A stretch of 49,061 nt of DNA from contig JAHLWZ010000914.1 of NCBI GenBank assembly GCA_020536535.1, forward strand, positions 1 to 49,061, in the 5' to 3' direction. Shown here piece by piece: positions 12,301 through 24,925 of the stretch; position 1 is the first letter of the stretch, and each line of letters begins with the position of its first letter. The notes beneath the pieces are model-generated. The model was not told the DNA's origin. It searched no databases and saw only the letters and a program-made list of their open reading frames with translations. This DNA is from Pelomyxa schiedti. Its lineage: Eukaryota; Protista; Evosea. The translations under genes and the position numbers were made by a program.

Positions 12301-12619
12301 AAGGATCCAGTTCTTGTCCACGAATTCTTTGGATTGACTTCCCAGTATGGGATTCCCTTGCTATCCCTTTCCCTCCACTAACCACAAAACAAGCCTGACA
12401 CCGGAGCACAAAAAGCTTCTATCGGACTATGAACACATAGACAACTTCCTCTACAACAATCCAATCCAACTTAGTCCCGAATCACTTACAGACAACAGTG
12501 AAGAAATCAGCCAGGCAATGGCTTCGTACCTAGAAGTTAATCCCAGTGACTACCCAATCACACAGGCCAGAATCAAACTCTTCAACAGCCCACAATCGCC
12601 ACCAACCACCAGCACCTGA
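9360..12619 (+). CDS. Receptor-type class III adenylate cyclase, paralog 1 (TM - Cache-like sensor - TM - HAMP - cyclase)
   Basis: Two TM helices flank an N-glycosylation-site-rich region with a W..W(T/S).(I/V)Y motif. HAMP-like LARSLGEIISKLQRVSRGQ. Catalytic motifs TVMFLDV, IDK|YIGDAIM|ALWGCP, RVRIG|LHSG, RLNYTVLG|NTVNLASRLE. Stop at 12617-12619. Confidence 0.88.
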
Positions 12620-12905
12620 ACAACACAGCAAAATCACCCACTAGAGAGTTGTATCAAAGTCGGAATTAAATATAGTTAGATAGACAGACACCAAACAAAA
12701 AGCGATATCACACGATGTCCTGTGGCTCCCCAACAGGCACATCATTAATTCCCTTTACTGTAAATCTGGATCGGCGACGTTCACCTCGGTTTAGATCCGC
12801 GCTCCAAATCGGGCGAAACAACGTTCAGAAGTTGAAAAAAAACAAGCGAAACAGTTCCATCTGTGTTGGTTTAGGTCCCAACACAAACTAATCTAACATA
12901 CAACC

Positions 12906-15900
12906 ATGACTACCACCAACGCTGTTGCGGCAAACAACAAGGTAGTAACATCTGTCTCCCTCCTCGGTAGTATAGTAGTATCAATCCCAATGTTTGCCAG
13001 GGAAACATCGATGTCAACGAAGATAGCGCAGAAACACAAAGAGGACTCACAACTAGTAGTACGGGTGAGTGCAGTGCAACAGCAACAACCGTGACTAGTG
13101 TGATGTCATGTGGTGGTGAGCACGTGCGCGAGTGCCACCTGAGTGGAATAGGTGTTCCAATGGCATCTTTCAAAAGGAATCAGACGTAAGTGCACCTTGT
13201 TGTTGCTTCCCCCACACTGGTTCTGCCACAACACTAAGTTCTGACATTGTATTTCAAATAGTAACATGTGTTCGCTGATGCTATTTGTACCAGTGGCTGC
13301 AGTTGTTGTTATTCTAGCCATTGTTGGGTGCTGTCTGGCACCCATGGGCGCACTCTGGGCCCGCACACTGGACTCCCTCACAACAACATGTATTAGTAGC
13401 TTGACTCATGTAAACTCCCCAACCTTGGCCGAATTTCTTACTGATTAACGCCACTTGAATATACATACAAGGAAATAGGAGTGTACCGATCACTTCTTGT
13501 TTATCAAAGCGTGAATGCAGTCACCGAGCAGGTGATGATTCCACCATCTGTTGCGGACATTGTGAGCCACTCCATCCCAGAGTCTGCATACACGTCACCA
13601 GTTCCACTGTGCAACGACTCTACTGCGTTCCAGCTTGTGTTCCGTGCTGTTGTTTCATTGTTCCCTGTCAACAACGTGGTATGTATCTCTCAGTTTTGAT
13701 TTTTGTTTTCTTTTGATCATACTTTGTTGGTTTGAGTCGCTAGCGATTCAATTATTTTTGGCATAGTTTAAATTGCATGGCCAGGTGGCTGCCTGGGTGA
13801 ATAGTAAAGGGGAACACTTTTATGCTGATAGAGCCGACCTTTTTTGGGGATACTATGATGGGAACATCAGCTCAAATTTAACTCTTTTCCTGAGCGACGG
13901 AACAGAGTTCAACATGCAGAGGGGAATGACAATCACCAATTACAACCTCACAGGCAGAGATTGGTGGTAATGTATTTTTTATATTATCAAATACTAAATT
14001 TTAAGTCACCTTGCCACAAAGAAATTAATAGTACTATTCTAACCACTTGATATTGAGTTTAATAAAGGAACCTTGGACTCGCAGCATGGAACGGTTCATG
14101 GACCGCTGTGTACATGTCGGCCAACGTACGTGATGGCAGAGTTATTGCATATACTCTGAGACCTCCAATGGCAGTACCGGTTGTATTACAAGTTGCACTC
14201 ACTCTGAATTGGCTGCAAGGCTTTTTTATCAACTTCAACTTGACCACAAATGGGTTGGCTTTCTTGACTGAAGACAAGAGCTTGCAAATACTTGCGGGAA
14301 CCATTGGTGTTCCAATATCCATTGGCGGAGATATCTACGCTCCGAATTGCTCTCTTCCGGCAATCAGAGAAGTCACGGCAGAGGTGCGTACACTCTTCTT
14401 TCCATCGAACTCTCAAAAAAACCTCAATAGTGGCTGAACACATCTGCATTTTGTGAGAGTCACTCCACGATGACAATTGATGGAAGTATCGTTTACACAG
14501 ACATTGTTCCTATCAGAGCAAAGGGTGGTCTTGTTCTGTGGCTCTTTCTTGTCACTCCTGAAGATGTAAGTCATCTCTCCGATCCCAGTTTCACACAATT
14601 GACAAGAAGGATGACAGGATTTCCTGGAGAAAATCAATGAAGAGCAAAGGCGGGCAAACAACCACTCTCACACAGCTGTGTGGGTTGTGTTGTCGATAGA
14701 ATTATTTGTTGGCGCAATTGCTGTTGGCATCAGTGTTGCACTGTCCCTTGCTTTGGTGAGATCACTGAGTAAAGTCGTCAAGAAACTCCAAAGTGTTTCA
14801 CGTGGACAAATCGCCAAGTTCGTCCTATTATTACTAACTATTATCAACTCATCCCATTGCGATAAATGAAGAAGTGGAAGTTCAACTCTTTTGCAGAAGA
14901 GTGTTCTGAAGGAAGTCGATTCAGTATGTGCCCTGGGCTCCCTATCTGACAATAACTCCTTATTCTGTTGTTATTCAGTTGAACTCAGAGGTGATGAAAA
15001 TGCAATCTGCACTTGACTCATTCAGCCAGTAAGTAGCTCTGTCATTGCATAAACGAATAACTTCTGATTCAGGTACGTTCCAAGCGAGGTCGTGAGGTAA
15101 ACACACGCACATACTATCTTCGATCATTGATGGTGGTGTGCAGATACTTGTGTAAGAATAACTTGAAAGCTGTTGTTGGAGTGAGCAAGATGCACTGCAC
15201 TGTGATGTTTCTGGATGTTGCCGAATTTGTATGTGACTTCACCTCACTCACCCTGACATTTCTGAGTTGCTCACGTTTCCACAGACTCGGCACATGGAAC
15301 AACAGGGTGCACAAATCATGATTGAAATGCTTTCGACGATGTTCGAGTCTTTTTCCACGATCATCACAGAGAACAACGGGTGCATTGACAAGGTTTCCTG
15401 CACACTTCTCTTTTTTTCCCCAATGTTCTGACATGAAACCAGTATATCGGAGGCACGATCATGGTGAGTCTTCAGAATGATCTTTTATATCTCCCCTGAT
15501 TGAACCCAAAAAAAAAACAAAGGCATTGTGGGGGTGCCCAGTTATCGACCACAACTCTGAGGTTCACGCATGTCAAGCCGTTTCCGGCATTTTGGCCTCT
15601 CTTTCCAAGTTGAATATGATTTTCAGAGCCAAGTCCTACCCGACGATGCGAATTCGAATTGGGGTGTGTCAAACTGCATTTCTTTTTGAACTCACAATGT
15701 ACAAGGTGAATTCCGGCGAAGTTCAAGCAGGCAATGTTGGGTATGGGTCTTCCAAATCCCTTTATCTTACTTAGATTTCAAAAGGTCAACTCACCGGTTG
15801 AACTACACTGTGCTGGGTATTACTGTTCTTTCTGGTTTTCGCGTGTCTCAATCACACCATTTTTCTTGTGCAGGAAATACAGTGAATTTGGCCAGCCGAT

Positions 15901-16449
15901 TGGAACATCTCAACAAAGAGCTTGGAACGTCTGTCCTTGTTACCAACAGTGTCCGGGATGCTGCTAAAGGGAGCAACACTTTCTCATGGAGAGCACTTGG
16001 TCACATCCAGGTATTCCCTCGCTTTCGCTTTTAGCCCGCACTAATGCAGCCCAGGTTCGCGGGGTAAATGAGCCTGTTCTTGTCCATGAATTCTTTGGAT
16101 TGTCCGCATTGTATGTGAATAACAACACATAACTAGAATGAAAAAAGCAACAGACACACACAAGAACCAACAAACACACAGGATGACACAAGGCACTCGG
16201 AACCTCCTTTCAGCGTACCAACCAATTGACACTCTCCTTTATACCGGGGACATCACCAACAACGGCAACAGCAACAATAAAACCGGCAACAATTCCACAA
16301 CGGAACAAGCGAAAATGGACAAGGACGGAAGAAGAATGAGAATGATCAGTGAAGCCATTTCACATTACCTTGACAACAACCCCGACGACCACGTGATTGC
16401 CCAAGCCTCCCTCTTCATGTTTGATGACAAGAACCACCAACATCACTGA
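12906..16449 (+). CDS. Receptor-type class III cyclase, paralog 2 (YIGGTIM, second metal-binding Asp lost)
   Basis: Same exon series as paralog 1, with first intron 12942-13000. Micro-exon 15443-15463 encodes YIGGTIM. NTVNLASRLE is retained. Confidence 0.85.
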
Positions 16450-16631
16450 CTGTGTACCTTTGATGAGAATTACATACCCTTTTTGTTTGTGCGAATCTGC
16501 ACTTCCTCAACGCGAAGGAGAAATCTAACAACATTTCAGAAGATCCACGGGACCAATCAGGCCAGCACACCAACTCTTTCGCCCAACTTGAAAAGCCAAC
16601 ACACATAGACCCGACCACACAAATTTTTCCC

Positions 16632-19600
16632 ATGAAGAAGCTTCTGTTTGGACCACACAACAACAACAAGGTGAGTGATACCCACCCCACCAGCATCATC
16701 AGTAGTGGTGTTGATGGTTCCGTGGATGGTGGTGGAAATGGCAGGCAACAGCCTCAGAATGAGTGTTCGAAGCGGTCGGGGTGCAGCCGCTCCTCAAACG
16801 CAACGACAGCGACCAGCGTGATGTCGTGCGGTGGAGGCACCCATGTCGAGTGCCATTTGCGCGGAATTGGCATGCCGATGGATGTTTCGTTCCGAAAGAA
16901 CCAGAGGTAGATGATAGATGGTGTCTTTGCTTGGTTAATGATTCTTGAGTTTTTTTTTTTTTTTTTTCCCTTTTACCCTGAAATTCAACCAGCAACCTGT
17001 GCTCTTTGATGTTCTTGGTTCCCTTGACAGCATTTATTGTCATTTTGGCTATTGTTGGTTGCTGCTTGGTACCAATGAGTACTCTGTGGTCTCTCACACT
17101 GGATTCTGTCACAACAACGTGCCACGGAAGCTTGACCCACGTAATAATCCTTCCCTATTCGATGAGTGCATCTCTAGTGTCACTAACACCCCGCGTCTCC
17201 GTCTGATGTTCTTCTAACCTTTTTCACAGCAAATTGATGTGTACCGATCACTTCTGGTTGGGAAGAGCGTGGATGCAGTAGCTGCTCAGTTGATGATTCC
17301 TCCGACAATTGCAGATATTGTGAGGCACTCCATCCCAGAATCCGCATACACATCACCAGTTCCACTGTACAACGACTCGACTGCGTTCCAACTTGTGTTG
17401 CGTGCTACTGTGTCATTGTTCCCTGTCAACAACGTGGTACGTGTCAAGTTAAGTCTTATCTTTCGTTTTTTTGGTTTGTTTTTCGTCTCACATACATGAG
17501 TTACTATTACAAAATAGATTGAACAAACTATTTTATTTTTGGCATTAATTCCACTTGCATGCAGCTAGCAGCGTGGGTGAATAGTGAAGGGGAACACCTT
17601 TATGCGGACAGAGCGGACTTATGTTGGGGATACTATGATGGGAACCTAAGTTCAAATTTAACACTTTTTCTGAGCTCCGGGACAGTGTTCAACATGCAAA
17701 GGGTGATGACAATCACCAATTACAACCTTACAAGCAGAGACTGGTGGTATCAATCACTCTCAACTTCGATTTTCGGATTTCTAATTTTGTGCTTCCTTAA
17801 GGAGCGTTGGACTCACAGCATGGAACGGTTCATGGACCCCTGTGTACCTGTCAGCCAATGCACGTGACGGCAGAGTCATTGCCTATACAGTAAGACCTGT
17901 GCTATCCATTCCCGTTGTATTACAGGTTGCAATCACTCTGGATTGGCTACAACGGGGTTTTTTCATCAACTTCAACTTGACCACAAATGGATTGGCTTTC
18001 TTGGCTGAAGACAAGAGCTTGAAGATACTTGCGGGAACCATTGGTGTTCCAATATCAACTGAGGAGGATGTCTACGCTCCAAATTGCTCTCTTTCAGCAA
18101 TCAGAGAAGTCACGGCAGAGGTGCGTGCCGCTCTCATTTCCATTGAACTCTCTCAACTGGTAATAGTGGCTGAACACATCTGGATTTCGTGAGAGTCACT
18201 CCACGATGACAATTGATGGAAGTATCGTCTACACAGACATTGTTCCTATCAGAGCAACGGGAGGTCTTGTTCTGTGGCTCTTTCTTGTCACTCCTGAAGA
18301 TGTAAGTCATCTCCCCGATCCAGTTTCACACAATTGACAAGAAGGATGGCAGGATTTCCTGGCGAAAATCAATGAAGAGCAAAGACGGGCAAACAAACAT
18401 TCCCACACGTCTGTTTGGGTCGTATTGTCGATAGAATTGTGCATTGGTGCAGTGGCTATTGCCATCAGTGTTGCACTGTCCCTTGCTTTGGTTAGATCAC
18501 TGGGTGATGTCGTCAAGAAACTCCAAAGTGTTTCACGTGGACAAATCACTAAGTGTGTCCTCTCCTTTCCTATTATCAACTCATCCCATTGCGATAAATG
18601 AAGAAGTGGAAGTTCAACTCTTTTGCAGAAGAGTGTTTTGAAGGAAGTTGATTCAGTATGTACCCCTTCTCGCTTCCTGATCTTAATGTTTTTATGCAGT
18701 TGAACTCAGAGGTGATGAAAATGCAATCTGCACTTGACTCATTTAGTCGGTATGTGTTAATTTTGCATTGTGCAAGGAAATAACTTATATTTCAGGTACG
18801 TTCCAAGCGAGGTCGTGAGGTAAACGCACCCTCTCTTCTAACCCCACACCTTCGCTCGTTGATGGGAACTGGGGGTGGTTTTCAGATATCTCTGCAAGAA
18901 CAACTTGAAAGCTGTTGTTGGAGTGAGCAAGATGCATTGCACTGTGATGTTTCTTGATATTGCCGAATTTGTATGTGACTTCACCTCTCCCTCACTCCGA
19001 GTTACTCACGTTTCCACCAGACTCGGCACATGGAACAACAGGGTGCACAAATCATCATTGAAATGCTTTCGACGATGTTCGAGACTTTTTCCACGATCAT
19101 CACAGAGAACAACGGGTGTATTGACAAAGTTTGTGCACACTCCCTTCCTTTTCTCTTTTTTTCCCCAATGTTCTGACATGAAACCAGTATATCGGAGGCA
19201 CGATCATGGTGAGTCTTCGGAATGATCTTTATTCTCTCCCTCCCTTTCATGATATCTCTCTCCTGATTGAACCCAAAAAAACCAAAGGCATTGTGGGGGA
19301 GCCCAGTGATTGACCACAACTCTGAGGTTCACGCGTGCCGAGCCGTTGCGGATATTTTGAACTCTCTTTCCAAACTAAACATGATCTTCAAGGCCAAGTC
19401 CTATCCGATAATGAGAATTCGAATCGGGGTGTGCGCAAATTAGCTTTATTCCTCTATTCTCATGAATTGACCAGCTGCATTCCGGCGAAGTTCAAGCAGG
19501 CAATGTTGGGTGGGAATCTCATTTCTTGCTTTTTTCTTTCTTATTAATCCCAAGGTCAACTCACCGGTTGAACTACACTGTGTTGGGTGCGCTTAGTTTA

Positions 19601-20207
19601 GCTTTTCTCATCTCTCAATCATCATTTTCTTGTGCAGGAAATACTGTGAATTTGGCCAGCCGATTGGAACATCTCAACAAAGAGCTTGGAACATATGTCC
19701 TTGTTACCAACAGTGTCCGGGATGCTACTAAAGGGAGCAACACTTTCTCATGGAGAGCACTTGGCCATATTAAGGTGTCTATTCTTGCTGTTTCTCACTA
19801 CGCACTTATCCAACCCAGGTTCGCGGCGTAAATGAGCCTGTTCTTGTCCATGAATTCCTCGGATTGTCCGCATTGTATGAGCTTAACACAACAACAATAG
19901 CATCTCCCCCCATTACACACTGGTGTGAAGCCTTCCTTAACAAACACACAGGATGACACAAGGCACCAGGAAGCTAATTTCAGCCTACGAACCAATTGAC
20001 ACTCTCCTCTACACCGGCAACAACAACAATTCCGCACCAAATGAAAACATGGATAAGGAGGGAAGAAGCAAGATCAGTGAAGCCATTGCACATTACCTTG
20101 ACATAAACCCTGACGACCACGTGATTGCCCAAGCCTCCCTCTTCATGTTTGATGCTCCTGCTGCTGATATTTCTCGTGCGAACCAACCTGCTGACAATCT
20201 CCCGTAA
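16632..20207 (+). CDS. Receptor-type class III cyclase, paralog 3 (YIGGTIM, second metal-binding Asp lost)
   Basis: Close duplicate of paralog 2. Micro-exon 19188-19208 encodes YIGGTIM. Stop at 20205-20207. Confidence 0.85.
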
Positions 20208-20303
20208 CTGTTCTCACTCAGATCGCTCGATCGAACCGACGCTTCACTGAATTTTTTTTCAAAAGAAAAATAAATAAAAGCGAAAAAAAAGACCAGGCGG
20301 AGA

Positions 20304-22047
20304 ATGGGCGACAAGGTGAAGCGACACCACTTTTTTTTGTTGTTTATATATATCGCGTGTTTTAACTGATGGTCCAGTTGTATCTATAAAGTTATTTGTA
20401 TTTTACAACAAATAAACACCACCCGACCTTTTTTTTTTTTCCCTTCCCCCCAACTGCGAAATAGCCAAAGGAACTGCACTCTTAACTTTAATGAAATAGT
20501 TCACGAGGGCAGAGTTGGAGAAAATGACTCTGCTGGAACTACGAGACCGGCTCAGGGAGAGGAAACTGAAAGTGGGCGGGCTCAAGGCCGAGCTGGTCAC
20601 AAGGCTCCTCGAAAACGACGCGAGAAAGATTCTCGATGACGCCCCTTCGCCTTCGTCGGCTGATTCTGCGAAGGACACTCCAAGGTCCTGTACTGATTCA
20701 AGTGCTTCTTCGAACTGGTTGGTGCTCCCTTTTTCTTCCTAATACAAACTGTAATAGAGCTCATCATCACTAACAAAAAAAAAAACCCAATATAGTACCA
20801 GAACTAGCGCAAGTACGTGCACTACTAGTAGCAGTGGGAATGTTGGAACAAGTGATAATGAAGAAAGGGAGGGCAGCTCCAATGATGATCAGCCTGTTGC
20901 GCCAAGGTCCAAGAGGCCGAGAAACACCAAGGGCGGCCCAGTGGAAGCAAATACTGTCCTGGTAATAAAGAAATCTGCTGGCCCACCTGTGGTAGTAGCT
21001 ACTACCACTGCTGATAATGACTCTAGTGAAAAATCGGATGACTCAGAGCCAGAGGAGGGCGCCGAAGGGTGCAGTGGTACGCCTGCTGTTGCAACCAGTG
21101 CGGCCGCGTCACCTGTTTTCGGAAATAAGTTGAATTCGGTCCCAGCACTAGAAGTCAAGCTTGCTGGGACCGATTTCGACCATTTCCCGAAAAGCAGCAC
21201 ATGGCGTGATGTTCTTGACGGCTCCTTTAGGAAAGAATATTTTTATGAATTAATGAAGTTCGTTCAGAAGGAGAGACAGTCAAAAGTGGTACGAACTGCA
21301 CTAATTCTCTCAAGTTCTCATACTAACCACTGTCAGATATTTCCTCCAGCAAAGGATGTGTGGAATGCATTCGAATTTACTCCATTTGACCAAGTTAGAG
21401 TTGTAATTATTGGCCAGGATCCCTATATCAACGCCGGTAAAATGGTTTTTTTAGTTTCAGTAACCTAAGGATATTCAGGACAGGCCCATGGTCTTTGCTT
21501 CTCTGTCAAACGTGGGGTTGCTGTTCCGCCATCTCTGAAACGCATGTATGAAGAATTGAAACGGTCAATTCCTACGTTCCGCGCTCCAAATCACGGTTGC
21601 CTGGAATCCTGGGCCCGGCAAGGTAAAATTAACTTCCATCTCTGCAGAGCTGCTTTTGCTCACATTTCAATTAGGGGTATTCATGATTAATGCCACTTTG
21701 ACCGTGGAGAAAGGGCAAGCAAACTCACACAAGGACAGTGAGTGGAGCACATTTACTGATGAAGTTGTTCAAGTTCTCAATGAGAGAAAGAAAAATGTGG
21801 TAAGAATATCAGCCTCCGCACATTTCCGGAGTACTCACCAAAGTTATTCCAGATATATCTTCTCTGGGGAGCCTTTGCCAAGAAGAAAGGAGCCCGTATT
21901 AACAAACAGGCCAACCATATACTTGTGGCCAACCACCCTTCTCCACAGTGTGGAACCAAGTTCATGAACTGCAACCACTTTGTCAAAACCAATGAAATAC
22001 TGGAGTCCCTTGGCGAGAAACCCATTGATTGGCACCTCCCTCCATAA
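20304..22047 (+). CDS. UNG: Family 1 uracil-DNA glycosylase with N-terminal SAP domain
   Basis: SAP: [36 protein letters not shown]: [75 protein letters not shown]. The start exon MGDK (20304-20315) is tentative. Confidence 0.9.
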
Positions 22048-22211
22048 AACCAGAACATAACCCACAGTACCACTATCAATTGTATCCTGAAAACAAAAGA
22101 AAATTGTTGGATAGAATTTTCTTTTCCCTTCGTTTGGTTTTTCCGTCCCTCCCATAAGCGCCCCGGGCATTCTCGTTCTTTTTATACGACCGGGAGTCGG
22201 AGAAGGAATTC

Positions 22212-22425
22212 ATACCTTCTCGGCCTTTTGGCTAAGATCAAGTGTAGTATCTGTTCTTTTCAGCTTAATATCTGAAAGCTGCCCATTGGGTAGCATCGAT
22301 ATTAACTTATTTTTCGTGGGGTCGCTTGGGGGTGTCCTCTTGGTGGTGGGGCTTGCTCCGCCGCCAAGTTGGGTGCCCTCCTGATTGCCCAGGCACTGCA
22401 CTGCCGCCTCGTGTGGTCAGCCCCA
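22212..22425 (+). ncRNA. U2: U2 spliceosomal snRNA
   Basis: 5' end ATACCTTCTCGGCCTTTTGGCTAAGATCAAGTGTAGTATCTGTTCTT.TCAG.TTAATATCTGA matches the U2 consensus, including the GTAGTA branch-pairing sequence. Stem-loop IIb 22278-22294, Sm-like ATTTTTCG 22309-22316, stem III 22328-22380, stem IV 22381-22420 with a TGCAC loop. The 3' end is approximate. Confidence 0.96.
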
Positions 22426-22583
22426 CTCCCATAATCAAAAAACCATACAGGACGGGAGGAATACAAACGCTTAAAAGCACCCAACACCCAGTTTTTTTAA
22501 ATTTTTAAATTTAAATTTTTGTGGCATTTCCACATAGGCACAACATTGATCTATTCTTTTTTGTAGTGGCACTCCAAATGTAA

Positions 22584-23186
22584 CTAGTGGTTGTTGTCCA
22601 AGTCAGTGAGGAAAGTGCTTGGGTCAGGGACATTGCCGGTCATCTGGGCACCACTAAAGTCCAACCCGGGGTGCTCCTCCTGGAACCTCTCCAGCAGGAT
22701 CCTCTTCCTGGCCTCCTCCTGCTCCACCGGGTTGAGCTGCCCGTGCCTCACAAACACGCTGGGCCACACCTCGTTCTTCCGCTGCTTCGTCAGTGTGATG
22801 TGCACCACGCCGTCCTCCCAGGTCCAGAAGCTGTCACTCTTCTTGATTGGCGCGTGCAGCTTCTCGTCGTTGAGCAGCGGTGGCGCCGTCTTGAGCCCAA
22901 GCCGGACCTTGTCGACGTCGATGGTGCACGCGATGTCGCGGGCCTTTACTCCTGGGGGCGGAGTGGTGTATATGTTTACCTGTGCTGTTGTGTCAAATGA
23001 ATGCCGAGAGAGAGACTAACAGAACAACAACAACATCGACGACGACACCACGCACCAATAACAGAAATTAAAAAAAAAAAGGCAAATCACACGCACTTCG
23101 TCAGTGGACTGGTCCCACTCATATATGGTCCTGCCCTCATACACAAATGCCTTGCGGTCGTGCTTGAACGCCTCCATCGCAGCCAT
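22584..23186 (-). CDS. NUDCD2: NudC-domain (CS domain) protein 2, two exons
   Basis: MAAMEAFKHDRKAFVYEGRTIYEWDQSTDE|VNIYTTPPPGVKARDI...DSFWTWEDG..HITLTK...WPSV...KRILLERFQEEHPGLDFSGA. Intron 22980-23096. Confidence 0.88.
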
Positions 23187-23278
23187 GTTCTCCTCCTCGT
23201 TGTTGCTCAGCGAATAGTTATTAATTAATCAGTCGATTTCATTTTCTCTGAAAAAACCCTGATTCCAACCGTTTCGAA

Positions 23279-24717
23279 ATGGACACGTGCACGTCAATGG
23301 GTAGTACCAATAGACTGAGGGACGTGCTTGTGACGGTTGTGTGGGGCGCGTCGCTGTCCCTGGGGAGTACGCGCAGCGCCCGCGCTGGCTGTCGCTCTGT
23401 TCGTGCTCCTGATGACGGAGAGGAGCAGGCGGGTGATGTGGATTATGGGTGCGACGTCAGCGGCGGCTATTATTGCCGGCTGTCGATGGTTCCACGTGAC
23501 GTTTTGATGCACATATTGTCGTATCTACGCCCAAGTGTGTTTGCGTGTATGTTACTACTTTTGATTCATGAGTTGGCCATGATGATGTGATGATGTGCGC
23601 TGATGTCGTTGTGGTTCTCAACTTTGATTTGTGGTTTTGACGTGGCTGGGTTCCAGGGGAGATTTTCTTGTTCAGCACTTATGAGTCTATCCCGTATCTC
23701 CAATCTTTTGATGTGGATACTATGCGGTGGGTGGTACCTCCTCCAGCTTCTCCATTAAGTCTGGGCTCTGCTTCATTCCATAATTTTGCTTCCACCCATT
23801 CCAAAAACTGCTTATTTGTTCTACATGTTATACCTGAGGGAAGTACTCAGTATGCTATGTTCTACAATATCATGGATAACACGTGGAATCGCACAGAACC
23901 AATGATGGGTGAGCGTTTTACCCCAAACGCTGCCATGGTTTTCAATCAGTATGCACAACAGACAGCGATGATTGTCACAGGCGGGGTTCTTTGGAAATCC
24001 GTGCAACTTTGCACAGTCCTCTCCACAGCTGAAATGTTGATCTTACCCTCGCATAATTCCGCAGACTTGCTCAAGTGGACCTACATACCTGACATGCACT
24101 TCCCGCGGCTGAACCACGCCTCTGCAGTGATCGACGGGAACCTGTTCGTGTCTGGTGGAGTTCAGTCCACAAAAATCTGGTCACCAGGAGAAGTTCAACA
24201 ACTTGCAGAGTGCGAAATACTCAAGTGGACCCCAAACAACCCAATGGAATGGATCAAAGCCAAACCAATGCACTGCCACCGGGTTGCTCACTCACTCGCC
24301 AGGAACAACCAGACCCGGCAAATATATGCCATCGCCGGATCCACCACACCCCAATCTGCCGAGGTTTACGATGAGAACTCTGACTGTTGGCTTGAATTAC
24401 CACAGCTTCCACATTCTTATCCCTGGCCCGCATGTGCGTGGATTCAGGGAAGGCTGTTCGTATCCGGCAACCAGGGGGCATCATGCTACGATCCCAGAGC
24501 CGGCACTTGGCACTCACTGCCACCAACCAACGCCCACAAGTCCAAGGTTTCACACCGGCAGTCCGTCGTTGCAGTGGATGACAAGCTGCTATTTGTGGTC
24601 AGCAGAACAGAGGCATCAGTGTTCAACACAGTGACCAACACGTGGACCGAAATGCCTCCCCCAGACACATCATCACCTGGGGTGTATGACACATCAGCAT
24701 TGTTCTTCCTTCCCTGA
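23279..24717 (+). CDS. F-box / Kelch-repeat protein
   Basis: F-box-like RLSMVPRDVLMHILSYL in exon 1, then an intron ending TTCCAG 23656. Kelch repeats follow (MHFPRLNHASAVIDGNLFVSGG, MHCHRVAHS..IYAIAG, AEVYD...W, CYDPRAGTW). Confidence 0.85.
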
Positions 24718-24925
24718 GATGATTTAACACTAGGTGGATTCATAGGAGCAGGTTCATACTCACTGCACTGACCCCAACACAAGTAACATGGCAACAACAA
24801 AGGAAAGAAAATGAAATAATTGATGATCACACCCCAAAACAACTCTACGGTCAATCCCAAGAGATAAAAAAAAAAACCGAAAAGTGAAACGAAAAGTTTC
24901 TTTTAAAAAGAAAAAAATCGTACCG

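Noticed and set aside
22210-22508. Short ORFs 22210-22401(-), 22302-22487(-) and 22326-22508(+)
   Set aside because: They overlap the U2 snRNA gene and have no protein motifs; chance ORFs.
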